Source of the DNA: an uncultured delta proteobacterium
GTDB lineage: Bacteria > Desulfobacterota > Syntrophia > Syntrophales > Smithellaceae
Assembly: GCA_963753975.1 (NCBI GenBank)
Contig: CAVWEH010000001.1
Coordinates: forward strand, 354,323 to 418,322
DNA: 64,000 nucleotides
Direction: 5' to 3'
Below the pieces are notes generated by a model that saw only the letters and a program-made list of their open reading frames with translations, did no database searches and had not been told where the DNA came from. The translations under genes and the position numbers were made by a program. Of this stretch, positions 30,927 to 41,671 are shown piece by piece. The stretch's first letter is position 1. Every line of letters begins with the position of its first letter.

Positions 30927-31445
30927 TCAGAAAAAAGGCGATTTGACAAGTAGGGTAAAAAAATCGAATAGCGAGCAATAGTAAACAAAGAATTTCCAGC
31001 GCAGTTCGCGGACAACCGGAAAAAAGAGTTTAAGGGATAATAGTCCTGCAAAGGCGGCACAGATAAAACCGATAAAGTAGAGCGATATTCGCCCAGAGGG
31101 AATATTCTTGAAATATCTCGATTCTAAAATAACAGCGCCTGATATCGCCGGAAGAAAAAGCAAGAAAGAAAACCGCACTGAGGCTGGTTCGATTCGGTTT
31201 GCGGAAATTATCTGTGGTTATTGTAGCGCCGGAGCGGGAAACGCGGGGCAAAAGAGCTACAATGCGAAAATAAAAAAACCGGCAACAAGCGTGCCCAGAT
31301 GTAGCACGGCATCAAAAGCAACTACCGGTTGGTGAAAATCCGGTAAAAAACTTTGAAGGATAACCGGATGAGCGGAATTGCTTAGAGGAAATAGTTCGGT
31401 TAATCCTTGAACGATTCCCGAAACTACGGCGGTAGAAAGATTCAA
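30927..31445 (-). pseudogene. uppP: Undecaprenyl-diphosphatase (UppP/BacA) remnant
   Basis: Fragments in three ORFs: GIVQGLTELFPLSNSAH...HLGTL, PRVSRSGATI, RFSFLL. Only about 520 nt long. Confidence 0.85.
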
Positions 31446-32194
31446 TTAGCTTCCCTCTCCATATCTTTGATGCCGGCAGTATCGGCTTCCCGCCAGTAGT
31501 CGTAATTCTTAATAATTATATTTCTGACTTTTTGAATGAGTTCCTGTCGTTTTTCAATATCATAGTCTTTTACGTCTATTTCTTTATCGATGACCAGTTT
31601 TACTCTGCCGGGCCGTACTTTCAAGGATCTTTTAGGCATAATTTGACCACTGCCGATGATAGAAACGGGAACAATAGGTACGCCCGATTTAATGGCCAGA
31701 TAAAAGGTCCCCTGTTTGAAAGATTTGATTTCTCCGTCGCGACTTCTTGTGCCTTCCGGGAAGGTCATTATTGACTTTCCTTCCCTGATGCGCAACGCCG
31801 CTTCATCGAGGCTTTGCAATGCCCTTTCTCGATTATGCCGGTCTATCTCAATATATCCGGCGCTTTTCATTGCCGTGCCGAAGACAGGTATGTTGAATAG
31901 CTCTTTTTTGACAAGCCACCGGAATTGGCCGGGAATATACGCTAAGGCAATTAATATATCAAAGTCGCTTTGATGGTTGGCCATGAAAACATGTGGTTTC
32001 CCGGGCTGGAGATTTTCTTTGCCGATTACTTCCACCTTCGTATTGCATATTAAAAGTAAGATCTTGCCCCAAAGGTTAGCTATTTTATGAACTTTGTTGT
32101 GGGCATTGGGAAAGATCGAAAATACCACAGCCCAAAAAGACATAAAAGCCGTTATAGCAACACCTAGCGTAACTAAAAGCGCGGAGCGAATCAT
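31442..32194 (-). CDS. plsC: 1-acyl-sn-glycerol-3-phosphate acyltransferase
   Basis: NHQSDFD, IDR, FPEGTRS, FKQG, VPIVPV. Confidence 0.92.
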   Translation of the reverse strand: MIRSALLVTLGVAITAFMSFWAVVFSIFPNAHNKVHKIANLWGKILLLICNTKVEVIGKENLQPGKPHVFMANHQSDFDILIALAYIPGQFRWLVKKELFNIPVFGTAMKSAGYIEIDRHNRERALQSLDEAALRIREGKSIMTFPEGTRSRDGEIKSFKQGTFYLAIKSGVPIVPVSIIGSGQIMPKRSLKVRPGRVKLVIDKEIDVKDYDIEKRQELIQKVRNIIIKNYDYWREADTAGIKDMEREAN

Positions 32195-32396
32195 AATAGT
32201 TTTTCCTTCAAGACTATTGACTGTGTAATTTTTTACTTGATAATGCTCCCTAAGTCAATGATGAATTGTATATAAAAACCCGTTCATGTTTCTGTTCCTG
32301 TTGTAAAATTGCAAGGTATTGTAGGCATTAATGATTTTTAAGCAGCTTTTGTTTCGCGAATAAAAGAACCGGCACCTGACTATTTTTTGTCAAGAT

Positions 32397-32876
32397 TCAG
32401 GGGTGCTTGTCGGAAGAAGTCTTTTCTAAAAATTGCAGTATTTCTTGCACATCCGGCAATTCCTTTATCGGATAGACTTTAACAAATATGACTCTTTTCT
32501 GCTCGTTAATAATTATATTGGCCCGTTCGGAAAAACCAAACTTGTCGATAAAAATTCCGAGTTGGGAAGCAATTTCTCCATGCGGCCAGAAATCGGACAA
32601 CAAGTCCAATTTCTCTAACCCAAGACTCTGTGCCCATGCTTTCTTGCAGGGCACAGAATCAATTGATAATCCCAAAGGCACTGTATTTAATTCGCTAAAG
32701 ATTACGTAATTTTCTTCCAGCGACTGCATCTGCTTGGCGCAGATGTTAGTCCAAGCCAGCGGGTGGAAAGATAATAATATTTTTTTACCGTTCAGACTGC
32801 CGGTGCTGATAAGGATATCTTTGTGGTTTTTTAAAGTAAAATCGGCAAATTTTTCTCCGGTTTTTATCCTGGCCAT
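32397..32876 (-). CDS. Peroxiredoxin (AhpE-like redoxin)
   Basis: PxxxTxxC (PLAWTNIC), LLSDFWPHG, SERA. RBS AGGAGG before ATG 32876. Confidence 0.88.
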   Translation of the reverse strand: MARIKTGEKFADFTLKNHKDILISTGSLNGKKILLSFHPLAWTNICAKQMQSLEENYVIFSELNTVPLGLSIDSVPCKKAWAQSLGLEKLDLLSDFWPHGEIASQLGIFIDKFGFSERANIIINEQKRVIFVKVYPIKELPDVQEILQFLEKTSSDKHP

Positions 32877-32985
32877 TTTCTCCTCCTTTTCTCCATCCCC
32901 AATGAAGCTGATTGTCCATGATTTATCCATCTATATTTAACATCTAACCCTTCTATTGTTTTTTGCCGCTCTTTATAGAGAAGAT

Positions 32986-34083
32986 TTATCCGGAAAGACG
33001 GGGATAATCCGTATAGCCTTTCGGCCCAGGCGTATAAAATGTCTTATCATCCCATCTGGCCCAGCTAGCTCCGCTCGCAATACGCTCCACGAGATCGGGA
33101 TTGGAAATAAACGGTTTGCCGAAAGCGACGGCATCGGCATAACCTTCTTCAATGACACGAGAGCCGCTGTCGCCTTTGAATCGAGAATTAATAATCATAG
33201 TTCCTTTATATTGCGAGCGGAAGTGCTTGGCAATTTCCTTCACCGCATAGGGGACATTATCTACCGGGCTGAATGGTTCGGTGAAATGAGCGTAAGCTAA
33301 ATCATGATAATCGTTTAACCTGCGGGCAATATATTCAAATGTCGGTATGGTATCCTTATCTATGGTTATGCCGAAAAAACCATGACAGGAAGGATTCAGC
33401 CGGACGCCAACCCTATCGAAGCCGACAGCAGTGCCAATGGCCGACAATGTTTCGAAAAAGAAACGCGCTTTGTTTTCAGGAGAACCGCCATATTCGTCCA
33501 TACGATTATTGGAGCAATTGGTAAAGAACTGATGAAAAAGATACCCATTGGCGGAATGAATCTCCACCCCGTCAAATCCGGCGGCGACGGCGTTCTCGGC
33601 AGCACGGCGAAAATCCTGCGTGATGGCGTGTATCTCTGTTGTGGTAAGGGCACGCGGCGTCACGGTGTCTTTAAAACCCTCCGGCGTGAACGACTTATCC
33701 ATAGGATTTATTGCCGAGGGGGCTACAGGAAGCTTGCCACCGTGAAAATCCGGATGGGATATGCGGCCACAGTGCCAGAGTTGGCAGAATATATGCCCAT
33801 TTTTGCTATGGACGGCTCGAGTGACCAACTTCCAGCCTTCAACCTGTGCCGGAGAGTAAATTCCCGGTGTGTTAATATAGCCCACTGCTTGTAGGGAGAC
33901 TTGCGATCCTTCGGTAATGATCAGCCCGGCAGAGGCTCGCTGGGCATAATATTCGGCAATGAGCGGTGTCGCCGCGTTATCGCGATTGTCGGCACGGCTA
34001 CGGGTCATGGGGGCCATAAATATCCGGTTGGGGAGTTCGTATCGCCCCAGCTTTATCGGTTTTAAAAGAACATTGTCATTCAT
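32986..34083 (-). CDS. Old Yellow Enzyme family alkene reductase (NemA-like)
   Basis: NRIFMAPMTRSRA, YYAQRASAGLIITEG, DGVEIHSANGYL, FISNPDLV. Confidence 0.93.
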   Translation of the reverse strand: MNDNVLLKPIKLGRYELPNRIFMAPMTRSRADNRDNAATPLIAEYYAQRASAGLIITEGSQVSLQAVGYINTPGIYSPAQVEGWKLVTRAVHSKNGHIFCQLWHCGRISHPDFHGGKLPVAPSAINPMDKSFTPEGFKDTVTPRALTTTEIHAITQDFRRAAENAVAAGFDGVEIHSANGYLFHQFFTNCSNNRMDEYGGSPENKARFFFETLSAIGTAVGFDRVGVRLNPSCHGFFGITIDKDTIPTFEYIARRLNDYHDLAYAHFTEPFSPVDNVPYAVKEIAKHFRSQYKGTMIINSRFKGDSGSRVIEEGYADAVAFGKPFISNPDLVERIASGASWARWDDKTFYTPGPKGYTDYPRLSG

Positions 34084-34203
34084 TTGTTTACTCCTTGGAA
34101 ATTATTTTAAAATGTATTGCACCGGAGCAGATTACACAAAAGGTCATTTTTATTAAATATCTAGTAGTTTATTTTAAAGCCAAATATAATGAAAATTTTT
34201 TAT

Positions 34204-34905
34204 TTATTCAATGGACATTAACGAATGCCAACGTTCCGGCTCTGTAGCATGAGGAAGATTGTTTTCTTTGAGCAGATTCACAATAGGTTTTTCATTGAAT
34301 CTCAAATAAGGATTAATCCGACGCTCATCGGCCATAGTCGAATAAACATGATGAGGGTCGTAGAATTCCCAGAAGCGATCGATATCTTTGTTATACGGTT
34401 CCAGATGTCTGGCAAAGGCCAGGGAATCTTTAACGTAATCGTGACCGGCGTAAATTATGGTATCATCCGGCAAGCTCATCAGACGCTTGATGGACAGATA
34501 AAAATTTTTCAGGTTACCGGAAAAACAATTGCCCACCGTTCCATTAAACAAGGTGTCCCCCGCGATTAATGCCTGCCCTGTGTAGAAGCACACCGAGTCA
34601 TCGGTATGTCCGGGAGTCCGGTAAACAACAATTGTTTCTCCGTCAATTATGATTATGTGATTATCGGGAAATGAGGCAGAATTCAAAAATTGCGCGCGGG
34701 TCGCTTTGAGTAGATGATCGTTGCCCGGCAGATGATCATGGTGTTGATGGGTATTCGTAACAAACGCCAGCGATAGGTTATTGCTTTCCAAAAAAGACAG
34801 TATTTCCCGCCAGGCACCGCCGTCAATAGCCATTGCCTCAGTTGTGCCGTAAATCAGGTAGGCCAGATTATCGGCGCCGTAGCGAAATTGTTCAACAGTC
34901 AACAT
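34204..34905 (-). CDS. gloB: Hydroxyacylglutathione hydrolase (glyoxalase II) family
   Basis: DNLAYL, THQHHDH, TPGHT, GDTLF, GHDY, ST-ADER-INPYLR. Confidence 0.85.
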   Translation of the reverse strand: MLTVEQFRYGADNLAYLIYGTTEAMAIDGGAWREILSFLESNNLSLAFVTNTHQHHDHLPGNDHLLKATRAQFLNSASFPDNHIIIIDGETIVVYRTPGHTDDSVCFYTGQALIAGDTLFNGTVGNCFSGNLKNFYLSIKRLMSLPDDTIIYAGHDYVKDSLAFARHLEPYNKDIDRFWEFYDPHHVYSTMADERRINPYLRFNEKPIVNLLKENNLPHATEPERWHSLMSIE

Positions 34906-35194
34906 GAAAAATCACTTCGCTTTCTCTTCAAAGCAGAACATTTTCTAAAATTATATTTAATAACAATTTATTTTCGGGGAAAGGAGTATAATGAAGACAG
35001 CGCTTGCGTGTCAAGATAATCGTAAAAGCCCATTACTTGCCGGGCGATCAGCTTCTTGTCGACAATTTATATTTTTAAAAAAGATTTGACAAATTCAGGC
35101 CTTAGTAATAATATAATGCCGCTTTTTCGTAAGGTAAGCGCTCTAAGCGCTTTTTTATTTTAGAGTAAATTATTCCAGGAGATGTTTTTCCAGA

Positions 35195-36184
35195 GTGCAA
35201 AAAATTTTAACAAAAAGAAGAGCATTGGAAATTATCGCTAATTTCCGCCAAGCCGGTGTTCTGGTTATCGGTGATGTAATGGTTGACCATTTCATCTGGG
35301 GGAAGGTTTCTCGCATTTCCCCGGAAGCTCCGGTACCGGTAGTTGATGTTCAAAAAGACGGCATCTTACTGGGTGGTTGTGCGAATGTCCTCAACAGTAT
35401 CTATACTATGGGAGGTAAGGTTTATGTAGCCGGAGTTATCGGTGCGGACAATGTTGGGAAAAGGCTGATTACGGAGCTGCGGCAAAGGAAAATCGAAACA
35501 CGTGGTATCATTGTGGATAAAGGCAGACCGACTACTCTGAAAACAAGGATTGTCGCGCATGGCCAGCAGGTTGTGCGCTTTGATAAAGAAAGCAAGAAAG
35601 CGATCGCTAGAGCAAACACTAATAAAATTCTGGAATATGCGAAATCTCTGCAAAAGAAAATTGGGGCAATTGTTATTTCCGATTACAATAAGGGAGTTAT
35701 ATCTAGAGAACTTATCGAAGGAATAAAAAAAATAGCAAAGAATTCGGGGATATTTATCTGTCTTGATCCTAAACAGAACAATTTTTCCATATACGAAGGG
35801 GCGCATGTGATAACTCCCAACCATCATGAAGCCCAGCGCGCCGCCGGCATGGAGATAACAAACGGCGATGACCTGCGAAGATTAAGCAGCGCCCTTTTAA
35901 AAAAATTTGACTTTCAGGCAATACTCATCACACGGGGAGAAGAAGGCATGAGCCTTTTTGAAAAAGGTCGGAAAATTGTTCATACTTATTTTCCAGCGCA
36001 AGCCAAAGAAGTTTACGATGTAACCGGTGCCGGCGATACAGTTATCGGCGTGCTTGCCCTTGGTCTGGCCGCGCAGGCCCAAATGAAGGAAGCAACATGC
36101 TTGGCTAATCTAGCCGCCGGTATCGTCGTTGGTAAAATTGGCACGGCCACTGTTTCCAGGGAAGAGCTAATAAAAGTAATATGA
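35195..36184 (+). CDS. rfaE1: D-glycero-beta-D-manno-heptose-7-phosphate kinase
   Basis: RISPEAPVPVV, SDYNKG, TPNHHE, DVTGAGDTV, VVGKIGTA. Confidence 0.93.
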   Translation: MQKILTKRRALEIIANFRQAGVLVIGDVMVDHFIWGKVSRISPEAPVPVVDVQKDGILLGGCANVLNSIYTMGGKVYVAGVIGADNVGKRLITELRQRKIETRGIIVDKGRPTTLKTRIVAHGQQVVRFDKESKKAIARANTNKILEYAKSLQKKIGAIVISDYNKGVISRELIEGIKKIAKNSGIFICLDPKQNNFSIYEGAHVITPNHHEAQRAAGMEITNGDDLRRLSSALLKKFDFQAILITRGEEGMSLFEKGRKIVHTYFPAQAKEVYDVTGAGDTVIGVLALGLAAQAQMKEATCLANLAAGIVVGKIGTATVSREELIKVI

Positions 36185-36717
36185 GCAAACCGACTGCGGC
36201 TGAACCGGTAAAATTGCTATTTAGTGTATTGGCAACAAAAGTTGATTTGCTAAATAAAGCGATAACGATTTTATCAGCTGCATACGGCCAGCCCGATTTT
36301 GTAAGTGTTGTAATGCCATTTGATTATACGGATTATTACTGCGCGGAAATGGGCGATAATCTTGTCCGGCAGTTTATGTCTATGGAGATACTAATCAAGC
36401 CGGAGATGTTGCCGGACATTAAGCTCGCTACGAATGATATCGAAGATATGTCGGCCTCGGACAAGCGACGGCAAATTAATATTGACCCCGGATATATATC
36501 CAAAGCGCATTTAATTTTAGCCACCGGAAAGGGTTATGCGCACCGGCCTTATTTACGTGATGGGATTTATGCCGATCTGACGTTGATTTACCAAGGCAAA
36601 AAGTTTTGTCCCCTTCGCTGGACATATCCCGACTATGCTGAGGGGAAACAAATTTCAATGTTTAGCAAAATCAGGGCTAAATACATATCACAGTTAAAAA
36701 TGGCGCATCCAGTATAA
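36181..36717 (+). CDS. DUF4416 family protein
   Basis: FDYTDYY--EMG, R--NIDPGY, LATGK--AHR-YL, WTYPDY. Confidence 0.85.
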   Translation: MSKPTAAEPVKLLFSVLATKVDLLNKAITILSAAYGQPDFVSVVMPFDYTDYYCAEMGDNLVRQFMSMEILIKPEMLPDIKLATNDIEDMSASDKRRQINIDPGYISKAHLILATGKGYAHRPYLRDGIYADLTLIYQGKKFCPLRWTYPDYAEGKQISMFSKIRAKYISQLKMAHPV

Positions 36718-36745
36718 AATTTTCTATAATCAAACGGGTGGATAA

Positions 36746-37624
36746 ATGATCAAAAGTATGACCGGCTATGGGCGGGCTGAGGAAGTTTTCCAGGGCAGGC
36801 ATATTGTTGTAGAAGCAAAATCCGTGAATCATCGGTTTTTGGAGATATCGTTGCGTTTACCTTCATCGTTTTTATCTCTGGAGCTCGAGTATAAAAAGAA
36901 AATTGGTGAAAAATTCAAGCGCGGTAGAATAGAAGTATTTATAAGGCTGGAAGAAGAAGATGGTGATGCTTCAGAAACCGATTTAAATTTGGATGTTGCT
37001 CACAATTATTTTAATCTTTTAAACCGGCTTAAAAAGGAATTCGGTTTTAAAGAAGCTGTTAACTTAAAGATGTTGACCGGCTTTCGCGATATTTTTTCTG
37101 CGCAGACAGAATCGCAGCCAAGTCCTGATTTTTTAAAGCAAGTTGAAATTTCCCTGCAAGACGCTATGAGAATGCTGATGAAAATGAGGCAGGAGGAGGG
37201 GTTTGCCATTTGCCGGGATATGGAGGGAAGGTTGGAATCGGTCAAAAATATTTTGCAGGCAATAAATCTACGCGCGCCACAAGTTGTTCTTGAATATCAG
37301 AAGCGCTTAACGGAAAGGATCAGAGATTTGACAAAAGGGTATGAACTGGACGATATACGATTGGCCCAGGAAGTAGCCTTGATGGCGGAGAAAAGCGATA
37401 TCACCGAAGAAATAGTCCGGCTGCAAAGTCATATTGGTCAGTTTACGGTGTTGCTGCAAAGCGACGAAGCTGAAGGCAAAAAGATTGATTTTCTCTTACA
37501 GGAAATGAATCGTGAAATTAATACGATTGGTTCAAAAAGTAATGACGCTGAAATAACTCGTCAGGTTATTGAAGCAAAAAGTGAACTGGGCAAGTTACGC
37601 GAACAGGCGCAAAACATTGAGTAA
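36746..37624 (+). CDS. yicC: YicC/YloC family endoribonuclease
   Basis: MIKSMTGYG, SVNHRF, DITEEIVRL-SH, DFLLQEMNREINTIGSK, REQAQNIE. Confidence 0.95.
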   Translation: MIKSMTGYGRAEEVFQGRHIVVEAKSVNHRFLEISLRLPSSFLSLELEYKKKIGEKFKRGRIEVFIRLEEEDGDASETDLNLDVAHNYFNLLNRLKKEFGFKEAVNLKMLTGFRDIFSAQTESQPSPDFLKQVEISLQDAMRMLMKMRQEEGFAICRDMEGRLESVKNILQAINLRAPQVVLEYQKRLTERIRDLTKGYELDDIRLAQEVALMAEKSDITEEIVRLQSHIGQFTVLLQSDEAEGKKIDFLLQEMNREINTIGSKSNDAEITRQVIEAKSELGKLREQAQNIE

Positions 37625-37631
37625 CTACTTT

Positions 37632-38249
37632 ATGGCCAAAGGATTATTTATTGTTGTTTCGGGGCCATCGGGAACCGGAAAAAGCAGCATTTGCCGGCAG
37701 CTGCTCAAGTCTTGTCCCGAAATAAAATTTTCCGTCTCCTGCACCTCCAGGCCGCCGCGGCCTAAAGAGGTAAATGGTAAAGATTATTATTTTATTTCCC
37801 GTGAGGATTTTGAAGGCCGTATTAAGAGAGGTGAATTTGTCGAATGGGTAGAAAATTACGGTCACTTGTATGGGACATCATGGAAAACTATGGAAGAGTT
37901 TCTGCAAAAAGGCAATGACTTATTGCTGGATATCGAACTTTGCGGCGCTAAAAATATCAAGCAAAAGTTTAAAGGTGGTGTTTTTGTTTTTGTGCTTCCA
38001 CCATCTCTTACAGAGCTTTTAAAGCGGCTGAAAAAACGCGGTCACGCGACCGATGACGTTATTCGAACCAGACTTGTTCAAGCGGAGAATGAATTAAAAG
38101 AGATTTCGCAGTATAATTATATAATTTTTAACGACGATTTGGAAAAAGCAACCGATCAATTGCGTTCTATCTATATTGCGCAAAAATGTAAAAGGAGTAG
38201 TTTGCGTGATAAGATTAAACAATTTATGAAAAATAATGATATATTTTAG
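37632..38249 (+). CDS. gmk: Guanylate kinase
   Basis: SGPSGTGKSS, TSRPPRPKE-NGKDYYF, YGT. Confidence 0.95.
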   Translation: MAKGLFIVVSGPSGTGKSSICRQLLKSCPEIKFSVSCTSRPPRPKEVNGKDYYFISREDFEGRIKRGEFVEWVENYGHLYGTSWKTMEEFLQKGNDLLLDIELCGAKNIKQKFKGGVFVFVLPPSLTELLKRLKKRGHATDDVIRTRLVQAENELKEISQYNYIIFNDDLEKATDQLRSIYIAQKCKRSSLRDKIKQFMKNNDIF

Positions 38250-38264
38250 GAGGTCGAAATAGAA

Positions 38265-38534
38265 ATGGCAAGAATTACAGTAGAAGATTCCTTGAGCGTT
38301 GCCAAAACCAGATTCGGTCTGGTATCACTGGCATCCAAGCGTGCGCGACAGTTACTTAAAGGATCGGCACCGTTAATAGAAAGCAAGAATAGGGAAATTG
38401 TATTGGCGCTGCGTGAAATTGCCGCCGGAAAGGTTGTATATGCTCATCCGGAATATTTAAACGGTACAAAAGAAGATTTCAAGCCAATTCCGGACAATAC
38501 TGAGTTCATCGGCGATGAAGAATATCTCGAATAA
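38265..38534 (+). CDS. rpoZ: RNA polymerase omega subunit
   Basis: [29 protein letters not shown]. Follows gmk. Confidence 0.95.
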   Translation: MARITVEDSLSVAKTRFGLVSLASKRARQLLKGSAPLIESKNREIVLALREIAAGKVVYAHPEYLNGTKEDFKPIPDNTEFIGDEEYLE

Positions 38535-39264
38535 AACAGCAGTCAATAAATTAATCTTTGCCCTTGATACCGGCAATTATAAGGAAGCTTTATCATGGGT
38601 AGAGCTTCTTTCGGGGCATGTGGGCATGTTTAAAGTGGGCAAGGAATTGTTTACTGCAGTCGGACCGAAAATAATCGAGAGTATCAAACAAAAAGGTCAG
38701 AGGGTTTTCTTGGATCTTAAATTCCACGATATTCCTAACACAGTTGCCCGGGCGGCGGAAGCCGCTGTAAGAATGGACGTGGATATGTTTAATGTTCATG
38801 CGGCGGGCGGCAGCAGGATGATTAAAGAAACGGTTTCCGCTGCCGAGGCTTGCGCCGATAAACTGGGCAAAGATAAACCGATTATTCTGGCTGTAACAGT
38901 ACTGACCAGTTTGGACAACACCGATTTGGCAGAAGTCGGATATGAAAAAAGCACTAATGAGTTAGTTCTTCTTTTGGCTGAGGCAGCGCATGCTGCGGGC
39001 GCCTCAGGTGTAGTGGCTTCGGCACAAGATATAGCCGCACTGCGTACTAATTTAGGCGATAAATTTATCATCGTAGCTCCGGGCATTCGTAATGCTAATG
39101 AAACGGCAAAGGACGACCAAAAAAGGACAATGAGCGCTTTTGAAGCCTTAAAAACTGGCGCTGATTATATTGTAATGGGGAGGCCGATTCGCCAGGCTAA
39201 AGATCCTTTGGAAGCGTGCCGTCAAATTGTTTGTGAAATTGCTGCCGGATTAGCGGCAAAATGA
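38515..39264 (+). CDS. pyrF: Orotidine-5'-phosphate decarboxylase
   Basis: [33 protein letters not shown]. Confidence 0.96.
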   Translation: MKNISNKTAVNKLIFALDTGNYKEALSWVELLSGHVGMFKVGKELFTAVGPKIIESIKQKGQRVFLDLKFHDIPNTVARAAEAAVRMDVDMFNVHAAGGSRMIKETVSAAEACADKLGKDKPIILAVTVLTSLDNTDLAEVGYEKSTNELVLLLAEAAHAAGASGVVASAQDIAALRTNLGDKFIIVAPGIRNANETAKDDQKRTMSAFEALKTGADYIVMGRPIRQAKDPLEACRQIVCEIAAGLAAK

Positions 39265-39294
39265 TTTTTTACTTGAGCAGGCGGAAATCAACGC

Positions 39295-40047
39295 ATGGCG
39301 GTAATTTACGGCATAAATCCGGTTAAAGTATTCCTCCGAGAGCAAGAAGGCGGATGGGAAAAGATTATCATTGCTTCCGGCCGCCGCGGTTCTTCGATAA
39401 AAGAAATAGTCGAGATTGCCCGGCAAAAAAAAATTCCGGTTGAGTTTCAGCGAAGGCAATATTTGGATGAGCTGGCAGGAAATTTCAATCATCAAGGAGT
39501 TGTCGGTATACAGCAAGCCTATGTTTACGAAGATTTGGATGTATTACTAAAAAACCGCAGCAAATTTTTTAATTTTGATCTAATTTTGGTACTCGACGGC
39601 ATTATGGATCCTCAAAATCTGGGGTCAATTATTCGCAGTGCCCATTGTTTGGGAGCAAACGGCGTGGTAATTCCGGAAGATCGGGCTGCGCCAGTCAGCG
39701 GGGCAGCTGTCAAGGCCTCGGCCGGCAGCGCCGGGCAAATCCCCGTTACCAGAGTAGTTAATTTAGTGCAAACCATTGAATATTTGAAGAATAAAGGATT
39801 TTGGGTTTTTGGCGCAGATGCGCACGACGGCGATAATTTAAGAGAAATAGATTTTAATTGTTCTGTAGTTTTGATATTAGGCGGAGAGGCGAAAGGTATC
39901 AGACCATTAGTGAAGAAGAAATGCGATTTTTTGCTAACTATTCCCGTGATGGGAAACTTTGATTCTTTGAATGTTTCTGTCGCTGCGGGAATCATTCTAT
40001 ATGAAATATTGTCTCAACGCAGACAAACGAGAGTAGCTAAGAAATAA
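39295..40047 (+). CDS. rlmB: 23S rRNA Gm2251 methyltransferase
   Basis: NHQGV, DPQNLGSIIRSA, KASAG, G-E-KG, DSLNVSVAAG. Confidence 0.93.
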   Translation: MAVIYGINPVKVFLREQEGGWEKIIIASGRRGSSIKEIVEIARQKKIPVEFQRRQYLDELAGNFNHQGVVGIQQAYVYEDLDVLLKNRSKFFNFDLILVLDGIMDPQNLGSIIRSAHCLGANGVVIPEDRAAPVSGAAVKASAGSAGQIPVTRVVNLVQTIEYLKNKGFWVFGADAHDGDNLREIDFNCSVVLILGGEAKGIRPLVKKKCDFLLTIPVMGNFDSLNVSVAAGIILYEILSQRRQTRVAKK

Positions 40048-40157
40048 AAAAATAGCGGGCATCCATTAAACTGAATATTTAACTTGTTGAGTTCACACGG
40101 AAGATAGCTTATAATAAATTAAAAAATTTTATCCCATAAAAGAAAGGGTTCTAAAAT

Positions 40158-41366
40158 ATGCCGGTTTATATTTGGGAGGGCACAACAAGGAAAGACGAAG
40201 TAAAAAAAGGGGAGATGGAAGCAGTGGATGAACTTGCCGTTCGCGGTCTTTTGCGGCGGCAGGGATTTAAGTCCATCGAAATAAGAAAAAAGCCCAAAGC
40301 CCTCGCTGAATATCTGCCTTTTTTGTTGGGAGGAGTTAAAGAAAAAAATATCGTTGTTTTTTGTCGAATATTTTCGACTATGATTAATGCCGGCCTTCCA
40401 CTTATTCAATGTCTCGACCTTTTGGCTCAACAGGAAGATAATAAAGTTTTTGCCAAAATTATTCGGACAATGAAGGAAGATATTGAAGGCGGCACCAGTT
40501 TGACCGATGCTTTAAAAAAATATCCCAAGATATTTGATGACCTTTTTGTCAATTTAATTGCAGCCGGTGAGGCTGGAGGCATTTTGGATGTCGTTTTAGC
40601 ACGCCTTTCCAATTACATGGAAAAAGCAATGAAATTAAAAAGCCGTGTCAAGGGAGCCATGACTTATCCCATAGCCGTTTTGGTTATCTCGTTTGGTGTA
40701 GTCGCTTTATTGCTCCTCAAGGTTATTCCTATATTTAAAAAAATGTTCGAAGGCATGGGTGGACAACTTCCCGGTCCAACTGCGATGTTAATTGCCGCTA
40801 GCGAATTTGCCCAAAGTTATTGGTGGTTTATCTTTGGTATTTTGATTGCAATTTTTATTGCTTTCAACAGGTTTTACAAAACGAAAAATGGACGTTGGAC
40901 TGTTGATTCATTGTTGCTTAAAATGCCCGTTTTCGGCCAGCTTTTGACCAAGGTCGCCGTAGCCAAATTTTCGCGTACTCTTTCGACAATGCTGAGTTCC
41001 GGTGTGCCTATTCTGGAGGGATTGACTATTGTCAGCAAAACATCCGGCAATGTAGTTGTTGAAGACGCATTAATGAAAACACGCCAGAGCATCAGTGAAG
41101 GCGAATCTATAGCAGGTCCGCTGGAGGCATCAAAGATATTCCCGCCCATGGTTGTGCAAATGATTGCTGTGGGTGAAGCGACCGGCGCCCTTGACGCAAT
41201 GCTTAGTAAGATCGCTGATTTTTACGATGATGAAGTCGATGCCGCGGTTGATGCCATGACAACGCTTTTGGAACCGGTTATGATGGTTTTCTTAGGCACT
41301 ATTGTCGGGGGAATGATAATCGCCATGTACTTACCCATCTTTAAACTTGCCTCCATTGTTGGTTGA
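40158..41366 (+). CDS. pilC: Type IV pilus / T2SS F-family platform protein PilC
   Basis: Two GspF repeats; AGEAGG-LD, AMTYP, GEATGALD-ML, IAMYLPIF. Confidence 0.93.
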   Translation: MPVYIWEGTTRKDEVKKGEMEAVDELAVRGLLRRQGFKSIEIRKKPKALAEYLPFLLGGVKEKNIVVFCRIFSTMINAGLPLIQCLDLLAQQEDNKVFAKIIRTMKEDIEGGTSLTDALKKYPKIFDDLFVNLIAAGEAGGILDVVLARLSNYMEKAMKLKSRVKGAMTYPIAVLVISFGVVALLLLKVIPIFKKMFEGMGGQLPGPTAMLIAASEFAQSYWWFIFGILIAIFIAFNRFYKTKNGRWTVDSLLLKMPVFGQLLTKVAVAKFSRTLSTMLSSGVPILEGLTIVSKTSGNVVVEDALMKTRQSISEGESIAGPLEASKIFPPMVVQMIAVGEATGALDAMLSKIADFYDDEVDAAVDAMTTLLEPVMMVFLGTIVGGMIIAMYLPIFKLASIVG

Positions 41367-41400
41367 TAGAATCAATCTGGAGCGAAGTTATAAATAGAAA

Positions 41401-41477
41401 TGGTCGGGATGGCGCGATTTGAACGCGCGACTCCTGCGTCCCGAACGCAGTGCCCTACCAAGCTGGGCCACATCCCG
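41401..41477 (-). tRNA. tRNA-Pro (anticodon CGG)
   Basis: Minus strand CGGGATGTGGCCCAGCTTGGTAGGGCACTGCGTT-CGG-GACGCAGGAGTCGCGCGTTCAAATCGCGCCATCCCGACCA folds as a cloverleaf with encoded CCA. Confidence 0.97.
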
Positions 41478-41671
41478 ACACGGCAGGGACGATATAAAAT
41501 TTATTCTTAATTGTCCACTTTTTTTATTCAAACAAAATTTTTCATTAAGTGATAAATATAATTTATGGCTTATTATTTTAGCGTTGATTCAATTTATATA
41601 TTGATAATTGTTTTTTATTTAGCGGCGTGTTAAAATGTAATAAATTAGTATGGAAAGGGATCATAAAGCCG

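Noticed and set aside
35137..35160. AAGCGC-TCTAA-GCGCTT hairpin with a T tract upstream of rfaE1 as an attenuator
   Set aside because: The stem is short and there is no leader peptide, aptamer or alternative structure to support regulation.
41367..41480. tRNA-Pro as an island integration site
   Set aside because: No integrase and no duplicated tRNA 3' end were seen in the window.
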